64,000 bases of DNA from an uncultured Lentisphaerota bacterium (GTDB lineage: Bacteria > Verrucomicrobiota > Kiritimatiellia > CAIQIC01), in assembly GCA_903896925.1 (NCBI GenBank), contig CAITZM010000134.1, positions 33,765 through 97,764 on the forward strand, given 5' to 3'. The notes beneath the pieces were generated by a model that was not told where the DNA came from, did no database searches, and was given only the letters and a program-made list of their open reading frames with translations. Below are positions 18,931 to 29,092 of this stretch, in pieces (position 1 is the first letter of the stretch; every line of letters starts with the position of its first letter). The position numbers and the translations under genes are program-made.

Positions 18931-18976
18931 TTCCAAGGCTCGGAAACAATAACGTGGAACTTTCCAGACCTTGGAA
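18931..18976. repeat. Two TTCCA-N5-TGGAA palindromes, 31 bp apart
   Basis: ttccaaggctcggaa (18931) and ttccagaccttggaa (18962), just upstream of bioF. Confidence 0.7.
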
Positions 18977-19177
18977 GTCCCAGCGTGATAGCATCCGGAG
19001 AAGGGAAGCGATACGCGCCGGCATATGGACAGCACTCCCGCTGGAGCGGTGTGCACCAAAGCGGACGCGCCTGTTGATCAGTGCCAGCCGGGCGACGGAC
19101 ACACCGTCTCATACCTGTACAGGTGTGCGATGGGGTAGTGGAACTACAGCAGACCGTGCAGCAGCTTGGAGCGATGA

Positions 19178-19240
19178 GTCGAACAGCGGCGTTGAGAATC
19201 GGCGAGCTTGCGAGCCGTATCCTCCGGCGCTTCGTTGGGC
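19178..19240 (-). mobile_element. Integron attC site (63 bp)
   Basis: Minus strand GCCCAAC-5nt-GCC[G]GAG-GAT[A]CGGC-loop-GCCGATT-CTCAAC-6nt-GTTCGAC: canonical R''/L''/L'/R' spacing with two extrahelical bases, 1 bp after the DUF1801 stop. Confidence 0.8.
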
Positions 19241-19241
19241 G

Positions 19242-19619
19242 TCATTTCCTGGCCTTTGCCCGAGCCCGGTTCTCTTTCACCCGGAACTTCACCATCCGAC
19301 TGATTAGTCCCACGGGAAGCGGGCGGTCGAATGGAAGCTGGACGGTGCCACGTGACAGCACGTACGCCGAGAGCTCTTTAGCGAACCGGCTGATTCCAGA
19401 TGAAGTCGGATAGAAGCTGACATGCTTCTTCCACGCGGCGAAATGGACCAGATTACCGTGGTCTCTGAAGGTCGGGATCTGATAACTGATCGTTTCCTCG
19501 GCGTCCGGTGCCGCCGCCCGCACCGTCTCGCGGATCTGCGACAACATCCGCCGGACTTCCAGTGGATACCTCGCGATATATTCATCAATCGTCTGGGCCG
19601 CTGCCGCTTTAGGCTTCAT
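19242..19619 (-). CDS. DUF1801/YdhG-like protein carried as an integron gene cassette
   Basis: TIDEYI...IRETVRAAAPDAEETISYQIPTF...LVHFAAWKKHVSFYP; visibly lower GC; alternative GTG start 19625. Confidence 0.9.
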   Translation of the reverse strand: MKPKAAAAQTIDEYIARYPLEVRRMLSQIRETVRAAAPDAEETISYQIPTFRDHGNLVHFAAWKKHVSFYPTSSGISRFAKELSAYVLSRGTVQLPFDRPLPVGLISRMVKFRVKENRARAKARK

Positions 19620-19621
19620 CG

Positions 19622-19723
19622 TCACTCTCTAGCGATGGGCGTGCGGGTCGTACTGACAACCCGCCAACAGTGTTGTTGAACGAACTTCAAGTTGTGTTTG
19701 TGCATCCTTAGTTTCTTCACCAT
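19622..19723 (-). CDS. Putative 33-aa leader ORF spanning the attI-like site
   Basis: ATG 6 nt after the -10 box; MVKKLRMHKHNLKFVQQHCWRVVSTTRTPIARE*; TGA overlaps GTG 19625 and ends 2 nt before ATG 19619. Confidence 0.35.
   Translation of the reverse strand: MVKKLRMHKHNLKFVQQHCWRVVSTTRTPIARE
19662..19684 (-). mobile_element. attI-like cassette insertion site
   Basis: Minus strand TTCAAC-aacact-GTTGGCG; the GTT core is nearly complementary to the cassette R'' (GCCCAAC). Confidence 0.45.
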
Positions 19724-19729
19724 GACGGC

Positions 19730-19758
19730 ACTGTAAGAAGCCCCGGTTGTCCTGACAA
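19730..19758 (-). promoter_or_regulatory. Sigma70-type promoter facing the cassette (Pc-like)
   Basis: TTGTCA-17 nt-TACAGT on the minus strand. Confidence 0.55.
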
Positions 19759-19858
19759 GCGGAAAACAGATTGCTTTGGAATAGGTTAGACGCGCGGTCC
19801 GGTTTTCAGTTCCGGACGAAGTGGTCTTTATGCAGCTTCGGAGACTCGGCAGGAGCGC

Positions 19859-21235
19859 TCAGGCCGGGTGCTTGGCAAGATAAGCGGCGAAGGCGGCGGC
19901 GGTCGGCAACTGGGGCAGGGCGGTAGAGAAATCGCGGCGGTGTTCGATGGCGCCCTTGAGCGCGGCGTCGAGGCCGGCGCGGCCGATGAGGATCGCGCCA
20001 CAGAGCCTGCCTTCCATAAAAGCAAACCGCAGATACTGGCCTTCAGACTGTTGCTCCAGCACCTGCGCCGCCGGAGCTGCAAAATCGCCGATACTGAAGA
20101 CGTGCAGGCCGAGGACCTTGAGCACATTCGAGCGCGGCAGGCCGCCGAACGCGCTGCGCTGGCCGGCGGCGTTCAGGCCGGCGAGGGTGCCTTGGAAGTT
20201 GGCCACCGGCCAGAGGCCGTAGACCACCTGCTGGTGTTCGGCGCAATCCCCGGCGGCGTAAATATCGGGATGCGAGGTTGTCAGCCACTCATCCACCAGC
20301 ACGCCCTGCCGCGTGTGCAGGCCGGCGGCGGTCGCGAGCGCGAGGTTGGCGCGGATACCCGCGGTCACGAGCACGATATCGGCCGGCAGCTCCCGTCCGT
20401 CTTCGAGTTGCACGCCCGTGGCGCGGCCGGTGCCGGCGATCGCCCGCACCTTCGCGCCGGTATGCAGGTGGATGCCAAGCGCGGCGACATGGCGCGCGAG
20501 CAGTTCGCCGCCGGCCTGTGTGAGCTGGCGCGGCATCAGCCAGCCGTCGCCGGCGAGCAGGTCCACGTGCACCCCGTGCTTGGCCAGCGCGCCGGCGGTT
20601 TCGAGTCCGAGGATGCCGCCGCCGATGCACACGCAGCGCAGGCCGGGGCGCAGCTGATCCAGCACCGCGCGTGTGTCGGCGAGCGTGCGCAGGGCCTGCA
20701 CGCCCGCCAGCTGCACGCCAGGCCACGGCGGGAGAAAGGCCTGCGCGCCGACCGCGAGCACCAGTTTATCGAACAGAACCGTATCCCCGTTGGAGCAGGC
20801 GATCTCGTGGCGCTCGGGCGCCAGCGCGGTCGCCGTCACGCCGGGCAGCAGGCGGATGCGCTGCTGCTCGTACCAGCCCGCGGGGTGCAGCGGCAGGGCG
20901 TCTTCCTGGATCTCGCCGTCGAGCAGGCGGGTGAGGTTCAGGCGCCAGTAGGGCAGTTCCGCCTCGCCGTCGAGCAAGGTGATCTCGGCCGCGGGCGCCG
21001 CCTGGCGCGCGGCTTCCGCCGCGGCGACGCCGGCGATGCCCCCGCCGAGCACGACGATGCGTGGCGCCGCCACGGCACCGGCGGGCGCCGGGACCAGGGG
21101 CGGCAGCGGCTGCTCGCAGGGCGTAAACTCCGAGGCCGGTGCGCCGCAGACCAGACATTCGGCCGGCGGTTCCGGCCCTTCGTGGATGTAGCCGCAGACT
21201 TCGCAGCGCCACGCTTTGACGGGGGTGGGGGACAT
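19859..21235 (-). CDS. NAD(P)H:rubredoxin oxidoreductase-like FAD enzyme with N-terminal rubredoxin-like domain
   Basis: WRCEVCGY...CLVCGA; GGGIAG; GGGILGLE; TSHPDIYAAGD. Confidence 0.88.
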   Translation of the reverse strand: MSPTPVKAWRCEVCGYIHEGPEPPAECLVCGAPASEFTPCEQPLPPLVPAPAGAVAAPRIVVLGGGIAGVAAAEAARQAAPAAEITLLDGEAELPYWRLNLTRLLDGEIQEDALPLHPAGWYEQQRIRLLPGVTATALAPERHEIACSNGDTVLFDKLVLAVGAQAFLPPWPGVQLAGVQALRTLADTRAVLDQLRPGLRCVCIGGGILGLETAGALAKHGVHVDLLAGDGWLMPRQLTQAGGELLARHVAALGIHLHTGAKVRAIAGTGRATGVQLEDGRELPADIVLVTAGIRANLALATAAGLHTRQGVLVDEWLTTSHPDIYAAGDCAEHQQVVYGLWPVANFQGTLAGLNAAGQRSAFGGLPRSNVLKVLGLHVFSIGDFAAPAAQVLEQQSEGQYLRFAFMEGRLCGAILIGRAGLDAALKGAIEHRRDFSTALPQLPTAAAFAAYLAKHPA

Positions 21236-21250
21236 GGGTCGCGGTCGGGG

Positions 21251-21751
21251 TCAGGCCACCAACAGGAAACGCGCCTTCGGCACGCCGCATACCGGGCACT
21301 TGTCGGGCGCTTCGCCGATGACGGTGTGGCCGCAGACGGGACATACGTGGATGGGTGCGCCGGCGAGATCCTTGCCGGCCTGGATCGCGGCGAGCGCCTG
21401 GCTATAGAGCCCGAAGTGCGTCTGTTCGACCGCCATCGCGCCCTTGAAGGAAATCAGCGCGGCCTTGTTGCCGTCCTTTTCGGCCTCGGCCACGAAGCCC
21501 GGATACATCTGGGTGAACTCGTAGTTTTCGCCGGCGACCGCCTCGGCCAGGTTTTCGGCGGTGGACTTGATGCCGCCCATGGCGCGCAGGTGGTTGTGGG
21601 CGTGGACCGTCTCGGCCTCCGCCGTCGCGCGAAACAGCTTGGCGATCTGCGGGAAGCCATCGGCGTCCGCCTTCTTGGCGAACGCGAGGTACTTGCGGTT
21701 GGCCTGGCTCTCGCCGGCGAAGGCGGCCTTGAGGTTTTCGGTGGTGGACAT
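21251..21751 (-). CDS. rbr: Rubrerythrin
   Basis: AFAGESQANRKY, EAETVHA, GENYE..MYP, EQTH, CPVCG...CPVCG; AAGGA RBS before ATG 21751. Confidence 0.95.
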   Translation of the reverse strand: MSTTENLKAAFAGESQANRKYLAFAKKADADGFPQIAKLFRATAEAETVHAHNHLRAMGGIKSTAENLAEAVAGENYEFTQMYPGFVAEAEKDGNKAALISFKGAMAVEQTHFGLYSQALAAIQAGKDLAGAPIHVCPVCGHTVIGEAPDKCPVCGVPKARFLLVA

Positions 21752-21851
21752 GGTATTTCCTTTTTCGAATTTTCCTGTGACGGATGTGAAGGGTAGTAAA
21801 ATCTGCAGGGCAAAGCAAGGCGAAGGCGGGAAATGGTTTTTGGGCTTCATT

Positions 21852-21919
21852 GTGGGCGGGGTTTTCCAGCCCCGCAGTTGTGCTGTGATGCGGTTCGCGG
21901 GATGGGAATCCCCTCCCAC
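21852..21919. repeat. REPIN-like inverted pair of GTGG REPs
   Basis: GTGGGCGGGGTTTTCCAGCCCCGC ... GCGGGATGGGAATCCCCTCCCAC; same type as the 17491 copy. Confidence 0.7.
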
Positions 21920-22084
21920 AGCAGAGCTCTTCACAGGTTCGGCCGGCTGCGATTGCCGTCGGCGGCCGACTCGGCCCCACTTCTGGGCACCAGATCCCTC
22001 AGGGAAAACGTCCAGCGCGGCGTTTCCGCCGCTTGCGGTTTTCGGGGGCATCGGCCATACTGCGCCTCGCGGAAGGAACCGAGT

Positions 22085-22750
22085 ATGCGTATTGTCAAAT
22101 GTGGTTGGTGGCTGATCATCGGGCTGCTGCTCGCGGGCGTGTTGTCCGGTGCGGTGTGCCATTATTTCGGACTGCTGAAGACGGCGGCCGCGCTGTACAC
22201 GACCGGCGTGGTGCTCTGCGCGTTCATGGTCTATTTCTTCCGCGACCCGGAGCGCACCGCCCAGGGCGACGAGTCGCTGCTCATGGCCGGGGCCGACGGC
22301 CTCGTGCGCAATGTCGAGGTTCTGCGCGAAGAGACCTACCTCAAGGCCGATGCCGTGCGGATCAGTGTCTTCCTCTCCCCGTTCGACGTGCACGTCAACC
22401 GCATTCCCATGGGCGGGACCGTCACGAAACTGGCCTATACGCCGGGTGCGCACCTGGGCACCTATCTGAACTCGGCCTCCGAGCATAACGAGCACAGCGC
22501 CATCCTGGTCGAAGGCAACGGCACCAGGTGCCTCGTCAAGCAGATCGTCGGACCGATCGTGCGGCGCGTGGTCTACTGGCTGGTGGAGGACCAGAAGCTG
22601 GTGCGCGGCGAGCGGATCGGCATGATGAAGTTCGGCTCGCGGCTGGACACGTATTTTGTGAAGGCGGACGTGGATGTGCTCGTCAAGAAGGGCGACCGGG
22701 TGCGCGCCGGCGAGACGCCCATCGCGCAGTTGCGCCGGGGCAAAGCATGA
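22085..22750 (+). CDS. psd: Phosphatidylserine decarboxylase proenzyme
   Basis: YFFRDPER, ADG, SVFLSPFDVHVNRIP, MKFGSR cleavage motif. Confidence 0.93.
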   Translation: MRIVKCGWWLIIGLLLAGVLSGAVCHYFGLLKTAAALYTTGVVLCAFMVYFFRDPERTAQGDESLLMAGADGLVRNVEVLREETYLKADAVRISVFLSPFDVHVNRIPMGGTVTKLAYTPGAHLGTYLNSASEHNEHSAILVEGNGTRCLVKQIVGPIVRRVVYWLVEDQKLVRGERIGMMKFGSRLDTYFVKADVDVLVKKGDRVRAGETPIAQLRRGKA

Positions 22751-23517
22751 AGATCAACACGCGCGCCATACCTCCCGTTGTGCTGACGCTGGCCGCGATG
22801 CTGGCGGGGTTCGGCAGCATCGTGATGAGCGCGCACAATGAGTATGTGATGGCTGCGCGCCTGATCATCCTCTCGATGATCCTCGATGGCCTCGACGGCG
22901 CCTTGGCGCGGCTGATCAAAGGCACGAGCAGTTTCGGCGCGGAATTGGACACGTTCGTGGATATGACGAGCTTCGGCATCGCGCCGGCGCTGCTGACCTA
23001 TGAGGCCTATTGGCGCAACTTCGGTGCTTGGGGCCTGTTGCTGACCGGGGGCATGGTGCTCTCCGGCGCCACCCGGCTCTCTCGCTTCCGCATCATTGAC
23101 CCGTTTCGCGGGCAGCAGGGTTTCTTGGGCCTGCCCATCACCTGCGCCGGTGGTTTCGTGACCTGCGTTATTTTCGTGGCGAACTCCGGCGCCACCAAGG
23201 AATGGGGCTGGACCTGGTTCAACCTCGAAACCGGTCCGCTGGCGGTCGGCGTCTGGGTCGCCACGGCGCTCATGCTCATCCTGCAGGTCTCGCATGTCCG
23301 TTACACCAAGGCTTCGAAGCATCCCGTGATTTTCATCGCCGGCATCGTGCTGGTGATCGCGCTGTTCTTCAATGTCCACCTGATGGCGTCCGTCGCGGCG
23401 CTTGGCGGCTGCGTGGCCGCGCTCTATTTCGCGTTTCTCAGTCCGTTCATCCATCCGCCCGGCGCCACTCCGGCGCCAGCCGCTCCGCCCCCGGAGCAGC
23501 CTGCGGCGGTCAGCTGA
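22747..23517 (+). CDS. pssA: CDP-diacylglycerol--serine O-phosphatidyltransferase
   Basis: DGLDGALAR...[28 protein letters not shown]; ATGA overlap with psd. Confidence 0.92.
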   Translation: MKINTRAIPPVVLTLAAMLAGFGSIVMSAHNEYVMAARLIILSMILDGLDGALARLIKGTSSFGAELDTFVDMTSFGIAPALLTYEAYWRNFGAWGLLLTGGMVLSGATRLSRFRIIDPFRGQQGFLGLPITCAGGFVTCVIFVANSGATKEWGWTWFNLETGPLAVGVWVATALMLILQVSHVRYTKASKHPVIFIAGIVLVIALFFNVHLMASVAALGGCVAALYFAFLSPFIHPPGATPAPAAPPPEQPAAVS

Positions 23518-23539
23518 TGTAGCCCCACGAGGTGTTCGC

Positions 23540-25219
<1,680 letters not shown>

Positions 25220-25421
25220 CCGGCGCCGCCCCGTGCGGGTGTCCAGCGCAGCGGCGAGCAGCCGCAGCCTGCGGCGCAGGCGTTCCTTGCCAAGGACGCC
25301 GCGAACCCTTCACACCGCGCGGCCGGTGAGTTCCACGCCGGTCCCTGAGCCGCGGCCGCGGCGATTCCGGCATTGACCTTGGCGGAAAAGTAGCTACGGT
25401 AGCGCCACTTGCGAACCCGTT

Positions 25422-28088
25422 ATGGAGCACACCATCCTAGAACTGACCGGCGACGGTTATCTGCGCCTGTCCGGCGCCGATGACCGGATTCTCGCCGCGA
25501 ACGCCGGCGCGGCGCGCATCCTGGACTGGGACGCGGGCGCGCAGGAACTCGTCGGCCGCAAGCTGGCGGAGGTGCGGACCGCGCCGCTGGCGGAGCATGG
25601 GCGGGGGCTGCTCGAGCAGCACGGCTCCTTGCACCAGTTCCTCTGCACGTGGACGACGCATAAGCAGCACACGAAGAAGGTCCTGATGGACGCGCGGTTG
25701 TGCGACGATCCTGCGGAAGGCCGCATCATCGAACTGGTCATCAAGGACGTCTCGGCGCTGACGCTGCACGAGCAGATGCTGGACGACGAACACCAGCGCT
25801 TTCTCGTCATGCTCCAATCCATCGGCGAAGGCGTGCTCGCCACCGATCTCGAGGGCCGCACGCTCTGGATGAATCCGGCGGCGGAACGCCTGACGGGCTG
25901 GTCGCTGGCCGATGCCCAGGGCCGGCCGCTGACGGAAGTCTTCCATGTGGTGGATGCCAAGACGCGCCAGGCACTGCCGGACCCGGTCCCGGTCATCCTC
26001 CAGCGCGATGAGCGCGTCCGGAGCAGTGGCTGGATGATGCTGCTGACGCGCGACGGACGCGAGCTGCCGGTCGCCACCAGCGGCGCGCCGCTGCGCGACG
26101 CCGCCGGCCACGAGCGCGGCGTGGTGCTTGTCTTCCGCGACGATTCCGAGCGGCGCGAGGCGCACCGCGCGCTGCGCGAGAGCGTCCAGGTCTTCCGCGC
26201 CATCTTCATGCGCGCCGGCATCGGCATGGTGCTGACCGACCTGCGTGGCATGATGCTGGACACCAACCAGGCTTTCCGCGACATGCTCGGCTACAGCGCC
26301 AGCGAACTGTATGGCCGCCCGCTGGCGGCCGTCACGCACCCGGAGGAGCAGGCCCAGGAGATGGCCGAGCTGTGCGGCGCGCTGGCCGACGGCCACCGGG
26401 ACCACCGCCTCCAGCTGGTCAAGCGCTACATCTGCAAGGATAGCAGCGTGCTCTGGGGTCGCGTGACCGCTACGCTGATCTTCGACGACGAGGGCCACCC
26501 GCTCTTCGGCATCGGCATGATCGAGGATATCACGCAGCAGCGCCTGGCCGACGAGGCGCTCGAGGCCGAGAAGGAGCGCCTGCTGGTCACGCTGCGCTCG
26601 ATTGGCGAATGCGTCATTGCCACCGACGCCGCCGGGCGCGTCCACCTGGTCAACCGCTCGGCGGAGAAGCTGACCGGCTGGGCGCAACACGAGGCGATGG
26701 GCCGGCCGCTCGACGAGGTGTTCGTCCTGCTGGATACCGAGACCCAGGAACCGCTCGGGCCCGACGTGCTCGGCAGCCTGATCCGCACCGGGGCGTTTGC
26801 CGCGTTCCCGGAGGATACCGTCTTGCGCACGCGCGACGGCAGTGTCCGGCACATTGGCGAGAGCGCCACGCCCATCCGCGACCGCGGAGGGGCCATCCTC
26901 GGCATCGTCATTGTCTTCCGCGACACCACGCAGGACCGGCGGCGCGAGGAAGAGGTCGTTCGCGGCCAGAAACTGGAGTCGCTCGGCGTACTCGCGGGCG
27001 GCATCGCGCACGATTTCAACAACATCCTCACGGCGGTCCTCGGCAACATTGCGCTCGCGCGCCTGACGCCGGCCGCTGCCGACGCGGAGCTTGCGGAGCT
27101 GCTTGGCGAGGCCGAGACCGCCGCCTGGCGTGCGAAGGATCTGACCCAGCAGCTGGTGACCTTTGCGCAGGGCGGCGCGCCGCTCAAGCAGGTCACCGTC
27201 CTCGGGACGCTGCTGCGGGAGGCCGTGCAGTTCGCGCTGCGCGGCGCCAACTGCTCCAGCGACCTGGTCCTGGCGGAGAACCTCTGGCCGGCGGAGGTTG
27301 ATCCCGCGCAGCTCGCGCAGGTCGTGAACAATCTGGTGCTCAACGCGGCGCAGGCCATGCCCCAGGGCGGCACGGTCACCGTGCGCGCCGGGAACACCCT
27401 GCTCGACCTGCGGCAGGACATCCCGCTCAAGCCCGGGCGCTATGTGCAGATCAGCATCGGCGACCATGGCCGCGGCATCCCGGAAAAGGATCTGTCGCGG
27501 ATTTTCGATCCCTATTTCACCACCAAGGTCAAGGGCAGCGGCATGGGCCTGACCACCGCCTATTCCATCATCCGCAAGCACAACGGCTACCTGGGCGTGG
27601 CCTCGCAGGTCGGCGTGGGCACGACCTTCACCCTGTATCTGCCCGCGGCTGTTGCGCCCCCTGTGGCCGCGCTGGAAGTCCCGCCGCCGGCCGCCCCTCT
27701 CGTCCCCGGCGAGCACCGTATTCTTGTGATGGACGACGAGGGCGCCATCCGCCGCATGACGCAGCGCATCCTGGAGCCCGCCGGTTTTCAGGTGGCCGTC
27801 GCCTCCGAGGGCGCCGAAGCGGTGCGGCTGTATCAGGAAGCGCGCGACTGCGGCGCCCCCTTCACCGCCGCCATTCTCGACATCACGATCCCCGGCGGCA
27901 TGGGCGGGCGTGAAACCCTCCAGCAGTTGAAGCGGATCAATCCGGCCATCAAGGCCATCGTCTCCAGCGGCTATTCCACCGATGCGATCATGGCCGCGCC
28001 CGGGGAGTTCGGTTTTGTCGGCGTCGTCGGCAAACCCTACCGTCCGGCCGATCTGCTCGCCGAACTGCGTCGGGTTCTCGCCCTGTGA
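25422..28088 (+). CDS. Multi-PAS hybrid sensor histidine kinase/receiver (CckA-like)
   Basis: PAS repeats; KLESLGVLAGGIAHDFNN H-box; NLVLNA; DHGRG; GSGMGL; C-terminal REC. Confidence 0.92.
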   Translation: MEHTILELTGDGYLRLSGADDRILAANAGAARILDWDAGAQELVGRKLAEVRTAPLAEHGRGLLEQHGSLHQFLCTWTTHKQHTKKVLMDARLCDDPAEGRIIELVIKDVSALTLHEQMLDDEHQRFLVMLQSIGEGVLATDLEGRTLWMNPAAERLTGWSLADAQGRPLTEVFHVVDAKTRQALPDPVPVILQRDERVRSSGWMMLLTRDGRELPVATSGAPLRDAAGHERGVVLVFRDDSERREAHRALRESVQVFRAIFMRAGIGMVLTDLRGMMLDTNQAFRDMLGYSASELYGRPLAAVTHPEEQAQEMAELCGALADGHRDHRLQLVKRYICKDSSVLWGRVTATLIFDDEGHPLFGIGMIEDITQQRLADEALEAEKERLLVTLRSIGECVIATDAAGRVHLVNRSAEKLTGWAQHEAMGRPLDEVFVLLDTETQEPLGPDVLGSLIRTGAFAAFPEDTVLRTRDGSVRHIGESATPIRDRGGAILGIVIVFRDTTQDRRREEEVVRGQKLESLGVLAGGIAHDFNNILTAVLGNIALARLTPAAADAELAELLGEAETAAWRAKDLTQQLVTFAQGGAPLKQVTVLGTLLREAVQFALRGANCSSDLVLAENLWPAEVDPAQLAQVVNNLVLNAAQAMPQGGTVTVRAGNTLLDLRQDIPLKPGRYVQISIGDHGRGIPEKDLSRIFDPYFTTKVKGSGMGLTTAYSIIRKHNGYLGVASQVGVGTTFTLYLPAAVAPPVAALEVPPPAAPLVPGEHRILVMDDEGAIRRMTQRILEPAGFQVAVASEGAEAVRLYQEARDCGAPFTAAILDITIPGGMGGRETLQQLKRINPAIKAIVSSGYSTDAIMAAPGEFGFVGVVGKPYRPADLLAELRRVLAL

Positions 28089-28171
28089 ACGGGTGCGGCG
28101 CCCAACTTGCGCGCGGCTTGGTTTAGGCTATGTTTCGCAAAATGTTATCCAAACCCAAAGGAGCAGAGGAA

Positions 28172-28669
28172 ATGAAGCGTATCGTATTGTTCGTGGCGGC
28201 CGCTGCGCTGGTGATGACGGGCTGCGGCAAGAAGGTCAGCGAGTCCGTCGCCGAGAAGATGATCGAGAGCGCGATGGCCAAGGACGGCGTCAAGGGCAAG
28301 GTGAACATCTCCGATGGCAAGGTCACGATGGAGACCAAGGACGGCACCGCCTCGTTCAGCAGCGGCGCCGGCGTGAAGGTGCCCGACAATTTCCCGAAGG
28401 ACGTGCTCGTCTATGACGGCGCCAAGGTGATCGCGTGCGTGAACGCGCCCGGCGGCCAGAACCTCGTGCTGGAGTCGAAAGACAGCGTCGAGAAAATCAT
28501 CGCCGCCTACAAGGGCAAGATGACCGGCGCGGGCTGGAAGGAAGAGATGAACATGAACCAGGCAGACACGGCCATGCTGATCTACAAGAAAGATCCGCGT
28601 ACGGCCTCCATCGTCGTCGCGCATTCCGGCGACGTGACGCAGATCCAGCTGACCACCGCGGAAAAATAA
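28172..28669 (+). CDS. Hypothetical lipoprotein (165 aa)
   Basis: MKRIVLFVAAAALVMTG-C; KVPDNFPKDV..Y; GAGG RBS. Confidence 0.85.
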   Translation: MKRIVLFVAAAALVMTGCGKKVSESVAEKMIESAMAKDGVKGKVNISDGKVTMETKDGTASFSSGAGVKVPDNFPKDVLVYDGAKVIACVNAPGGQNLVLESKDSVEKIIAAYKGKMTGAGWKEEMNMNQADTAMLIYKKDPRTASIVVAHSGDVTQIQLTTAEK

Positions 28670-28715
28670 GCAGACGCAAATCTACGCACTCCGCGGTCCC
28701 GCGCAGCGCGCGCTT

Positions 28716-28794
28716 TTCCAGTGACGGGAAAACCGCGCGCTGTTTTCTTCCAAGGCCGGGAAGAACCGGGGCCGCCGGCTTCCAAGGGCAGGGA
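28716..28794. repeat. Array of 3 TTCCA-N5-TGGAA-like palindromes, 32-bp period
   Basis: Units at 28716 (ttccagtgacgggaa), 28748 (ttccaaggccgggaa), 28780 (ttccaagggcaggga). Confidence 0.75.
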
Positions 28795-28817
28795 AAGCCT
28801 GCCGGGCGCCGGGTGGG

Positions 28818-28849
28818 AACATCCCGGACTTCGTGAACTCCGGGATGTT
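28818..28849. other. Perfect 11-bp stem-loop (possible terminator or REP-like element)
   Basis: aacatcccgga-N10-tccgggatgtt; no U-tract. Confidence 0.4.
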
Positions 28850-29092
28850 GCCCGCCCCCCAACTCCGCGGAAGATGGCGGACGAGGCGGCAGCGCAAGTG
28901 CAAGGCGGGGCTGCCCGCCGCGCGCAACCGAAGGCCGCTTCCCGCGCGGAGGGCCTGGCGTGTTCCGGGGTGAGAAAATTATTTCCCCCTGATAATCCGA
29001 GGCTTGCAGCGCCGGGTCCCTTCCGCGCTTTGCTAACGCCGCGCGGTGTGCTAAAGCACTCCCCGCCGCCGGTGGGCGGCGGATAAATTTTC

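Noticed and set aside
21251-22495. 414-aa extended rubrerythrin in the ORF track (also over-extended starts at 8731, 21833, 37117, 49382)
   Set aside because: Extensions overlap other genes or repeats; downstream starts fit RBS and family length
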